DNA of 64,000 nt from Vicugna vicugna (lineage: Eukaryota): the NCBI GenBank assembly GCA_013265495.1, contig MU060503.1:79639-143638 (forward strand), in the 5' to 3' direction. The position numbers and the translations under genes are program-made. The notes beneath the pieces are model-generated. The model saw only the letters and a program-made list of their open reading frames with translations. It did no database searches and was not told the origin of the DNA. Below, piece after piece: positions 60,106-64,000 of the stretch (its first letter is position 1; each line of letters opens with the position of its first letter).

Positions 60106-60654
60106 ACTCTCTGAAACTCTTTTTGTGGTTTTGTTTCATTTCTTCTGTAGGAGAAAGACAAGCTCTGGACAAACTGGCAGGGCCAGAGACAGGGCCACTG
60201 AGGTCCCAGAGGAAAGAGGAGAGGGGCCATGTCCCAGAGTGAGGCTCCCTACCCACCCCACCCCGATGCTGGATGGAAACTGCCCCTGCCCAGATCGGCC
60301 CTGGGGGTCTCCTCTTCTGCAAAGCAGTTATCGCCAGAAATGTGCCTGTGGCTCGTACAGATTGCCCGAGGACAAGCACTTTAATCCCAGCATCTCCTGA
60401 TCCTCCCCGAAGCCTGTCTCTGTCTTCCTAGTAGCTTTGATTGTCATGGCTTTGTCTTCCTTGAGCTGCCCTGTTGAGTGTCTTCGCTGGGTCTAGCTGA
60501 CCCTGTTTGTATCCCATCCATTTCCCCAGATTTCCTGGCAGCCTCTCTCCTTGGAGCCTGATCTGTGCCGTCACTGGACACTTGGCTTTTGCTACCTGGT
60601 GTTCTTAGCCTCATTTCATGGCTCTGCTCCTGCCCCTCTAACAGCAGTTTAGGC

Positions 60655-61900
60655 AACTTCATTCCTACGACATTGGACAAATATTTATTAAGGGCCTACT
60701 GTGTGCCAGGCAGTGAGCTGGGCCCTGGGCCCCGGTGGGATTCAGCAATGAACAAATCAGACTAAATGGCTTGCTCTCATGGGGCTTATACTCTAGTGAG
60801 GAGGGGGACAAAGAACATCAAAATCAAGGCAATAGCTCAGTCACTGAGTAAATTATAAGACGGTTGAGGAGGGTGAAGCCAGGCTCGACGGGGGCACAAT
60901 GGTAAACAGAGTGATTGGGAAAGGGCTCCCCCAGGTGACCTCTGGGTAGACCTGAAGGAGTGACCCATGCAGCACTGGGGGAACGTCCAGGACAAAGGGA
61001 ACCAGTAGAGCAAAGGCCCTGAGGCAGGAGTGTACCTGCCCCACGGAGGAACAGCAAGGGGTCCGGGGGTCTGAGGGCAGGGAGCTGGAGTGGGGGTTTG
61101 TGGGAGGACGTAGGTCAGGGCCACGGCAGGGCCCACCTTTGCGGGGCCCGCAGGCTGTCAAGAGGACATCGCCTCTACTCTGAGTGGATGGGGCACCTCT
61201 GAGGGTTTTGAGCAAGAAACAAAAGATCTGGCTTAGGTTTTAAAAGGGAACCGCTTAAGCTGCTGGGTTGAAAATAGTCTGCAAGGGTGGGGTAGACACA
61301 GGGAGGCCAGCTTGAAGGCTTTGGGAAGAGGCTCTGTGAAGGGTGGTGGGGAATTGATTAGACAGGCCAGAGTCTGGATCAGATTTGAAGGAAGAGCTAA
61401 TAGGATTTGCTAAAGGATTGGATGTGGGTGCAAGAGAGATTGTTGATCAAAGATGATCCGAAGTTTAGGGCCTGGACCACTAGAAAACGGGGTGGCTGCC
61501 CCCTGAGACGGGAATGACCGTGTAGGAGAAGCAATGTGGAGGCAGGATGAGGAGCTCGCTAGTGGACACACAGTGTTTGACATGCGTAACAGACGAAGTG
61601 GACATGTGGAGCAGGTGGTTGGAGTCCTGCATTCAGAGGGGCGATCTGGATAGAAGGACCTTCTGAGAGCCATTCGGTGGTATTTAAAACCATGAGACTT
61701 GTGGTGGGAGGGTATAGCTCAGTGGTAGAGTGTGTGCTTAGCATGCACGAGGTCCTGGGTTCAATCCCCAGTACCTCCATTAAATAAATAAACAAACCTA
61801 ATAACCAACCCCCACCAAAAAAAAAAAAAGAATTAAAAAAATAATAAAATCGTGAGACTGGTTGAAGAGAATGAGGATAAATGGTTAAAGGAAAAAAAAC
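60655..61900 (-). mobile_element. L2 element, antisense, interrupted by a SINE at 61700-61844
   Basis: caaatatttattaagggcctactgtgtgccaggc...gcttgctctcatggggcttatactctagtg...ggattggatgtggg...ttagtggacacacagtgtttgacatgc. Confidence 0.85.
61700..61844 (+). mobile_element. tRNA-Ala(AGC)-derived camelid-type SINE, least diverged copy
   Basis: 72-nt tRNA-like head 61708-61779 with A box TAGCTCAGTGG, anticodon AGC and B box GTTCAATCC; A-rich tail; 13/15 TSD taaaaccatgagact / taaaatcgtgagact (61685-61699 / 61845-61859). Confidence 0.93.
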
Positions 61901-64000
61901 TCACTTGCTTTGGAGCGGACCCTGTGTTTTCAATTGTCCAGAGTCATGACTAGGTGACACTGGTGAGCTAGCTACCACCATATCATGGCAGGCCAACTGG
62001 ATGAGGCAGGCTGGACCCCTGCTCCCCTGCTCCCCTCCCCCAGGATCCTCTCCCAGGCTAGCAGGGGCCATGGGAGGCAATTAATTATGCTTATAAATAG
62101 GGAGGCTTCCACCATGGAGAAACAGGGAGGGGCAGGCTACCATCCCATCGACGCTAAACCTCTTGACATTTCATGGGAAAATGGTGTCATTTTATCATTT
62201 CATTCCTTGGTGAGGCTTAAATTTCAGCTTCCGGAAAACTGACAGAGAGCCTGGGATGGGCGCCTGGGGCTATCTTTGCTCCCTGTGGCTTTATATAACT
62301 CAGACCTTTTCCCCACAGCCATTTACAACTCTGGCTTCTGTAGGTGGTGCCAATAAGATTAAGTATTTAGCGCCCACTATATTTTGTGCTCGGTATTTCT
62401 GACAAAATGTTTCCTGCATCCATGACGACCTGTCAGTAAATGGGATACCTCGGAGGAGGATGACACGCTGCTCCGCATGGGCTCCCCGGGGCTGCTTATG
62501 GATCCCCTCCCTCCCCTTTCTCTTTTTAATCATTGGCCCGGCGGAAGTTCCTCTTCATTGATCTAGTTTCCCCTAAAACTCACTCCCCAGTACTTCTTTA
62601 AGGTCACCATGTAAATGCCCAAGCGGGAATAATGGAGCAGTTCAAAATATCAGCCTGCCCCAGTTTTAGCAGATTGGAATGCCATTAGGTCCAGCTGTTT
62701 CCCCAAGAAAATGGGGAAGGGCTTTTAGGAAGAGCCCCACTTCCAGACGGCCAGCGCCCCGCCCGCAGGAACTGTGCAGCCCAGCCCAGTTTTGCTGATA
62801 AGAAGCCTCAGTGAGGTCTCCCTGCCACCCATGCCTGTGCAGAAATTGAGCAAAATTGAGGTGGGAGGGTGGTGCCTCTGCTCCTATGAACTTCTCTGCT
62901 TCTCTGTGGAAGATTTCATCCCCATCACCACCTGTACACCTCTGGATCCTTTGGGCCTACCAACTAGGGGCCCAAAGGGTGACTTTCAGCCCCCCACAGA
63001 AGTACCATCTTGGGGCCCGTTCCCTACTCGCCACTCCTTCTTCATAGAAATACACAGGCAATCCCTCTGCTATTTTTTGCTGCTCCCTCAGCAGATTTAT
63101 TCCTCCCAGCCAGGCACAATGCTGAAGGCAAGATTGAGCTTGTAAACAGTCTGAAGCCATGTCAGGCAAGGAATTCTAGCACAGCAATGATGGAAAGATG
63201 GGGTAAGCAGGGAGGGCTGAATCTAAGGGCCACCGAGACTCAAGAGCTAAGGCCACCAGCTAAACTCCTTAAACTCCCACCTAGCAAATGCAGGCTCCCC
63301 AGAAGGCCTCCCCAGGTAGGGGAAAGGCCTTAGACCAGGAGGGGGTGGGTTCTGGCTGGCAGTCCCAGAGATGGGGGCTCTGGCTAAGCCAGGGGGCTGA
63401 GCTTTCGGTGGCTAACTGCCTGGGGTAGTGAGTAGAGAGAAAACTTGGAAGCAGAGGGAAGTTTGGGAACATTCTTCCCAGAATAGCTTTAGAAATAGGA
63501 CAGCTTTACAAAACACCTAGGATGATTGAAAGCAGGTGGGACTGAAGCCGGTGCCCTCTGGAGATGCCTGTCAGACCCAGAGTTTGTCAGAACTCTGTAG
63601 GTCTTCCTGATTGTTCAGCAGATCTCAGAATGCAGCTTAAGATGTTCCTTCCCCCAGGCCCCCTGTGCATACTGTGTTAGAGACAGTGTCTGCTGGAGAG
63701 CAGGCCCAGAAACATCTGTGGATGGAAGGACAGACGGAGGGAGGGCGAAAGGGTTGGAGAAGTGGATGGATGGAGAGATGGAGGGATGGACGGTTGTAGA
63801 TCCAAATTCACCAGCTAAAGTCCTACAAGAGGATCCATGACAGAGACCACAGAAATCACAAGTGGTTAGTTGTGCCTTCACTTCCTGTGTTAGTTTCACC
63901 TGGTGTTATTTTCGGTCTGCAATGTTGCCTTCTCCTTGAAGGATGGCATGTCCAAGCAGGACTTTGGTGCTGAAGGGAGGCCCGTCTGCTGTCCTCAGTG

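Noticed and set aside
61708-61779. Bona fide tRNA-Ala gene
   Set aside because: A-rich tail, TSD, CpG decay and two related copies in the window indicate a SINE
1-64000. CRISPR arrays, operons, rRNA, sn/snoRNA genes, processed pseudogenes, other CTIF exons
   Set aside because: Eukaryotic intronic DNA; I recognised none by eye. A TBLASTN of CTIF and an Infernal/Rfam scan would be decisive for short exons and small RNAs.

Overview
This is mammalian genomic DNA, most likely camelid (alpaca/camel): it carries tRNA-Ala-derived SINEs of the camelid type, and I saw no Alu, B1, Bov-tA/BovB, PRE-1 or Can-SINE. The window lies inside the CTIF gene (CBP80/20-dependent translation initiation factor, KIAA0427) on the + strand. 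It contains two coding exons: 31496-31982 (487 nt) and an exon starting at 34694 that runs into an assembly gap and encodes the start of the MIF4G domain. These are exons 8 and 9 in human numbering, recalled from memory. I found no flanking CTIF exons, so the rest is intron. The intron holds MIR, L2, L1, MaLR and hAT fossils, a solo ERV1-like LTR with a 4-bp TSD, three young SINEs with TSDs, microsatellites and four N gaps. Apart from the CTIF exons and decayed L1 pieces, the ORF track is spurious GC-rich noise. I see no clearly novel biological system. The best leads are unproven: a tandem donor, a 12-nt microexon, two poison-exon candidates and an intronic poly(A) site, which could together give AS-NMD autoregulation of an NMD-linked factor. 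There are also candidate enhancers, relevant because SMAD7 neighbours CTIF in human. Repeat family names come from recalled consensus sequences and need RepeatMasker/Dfam confirmation.
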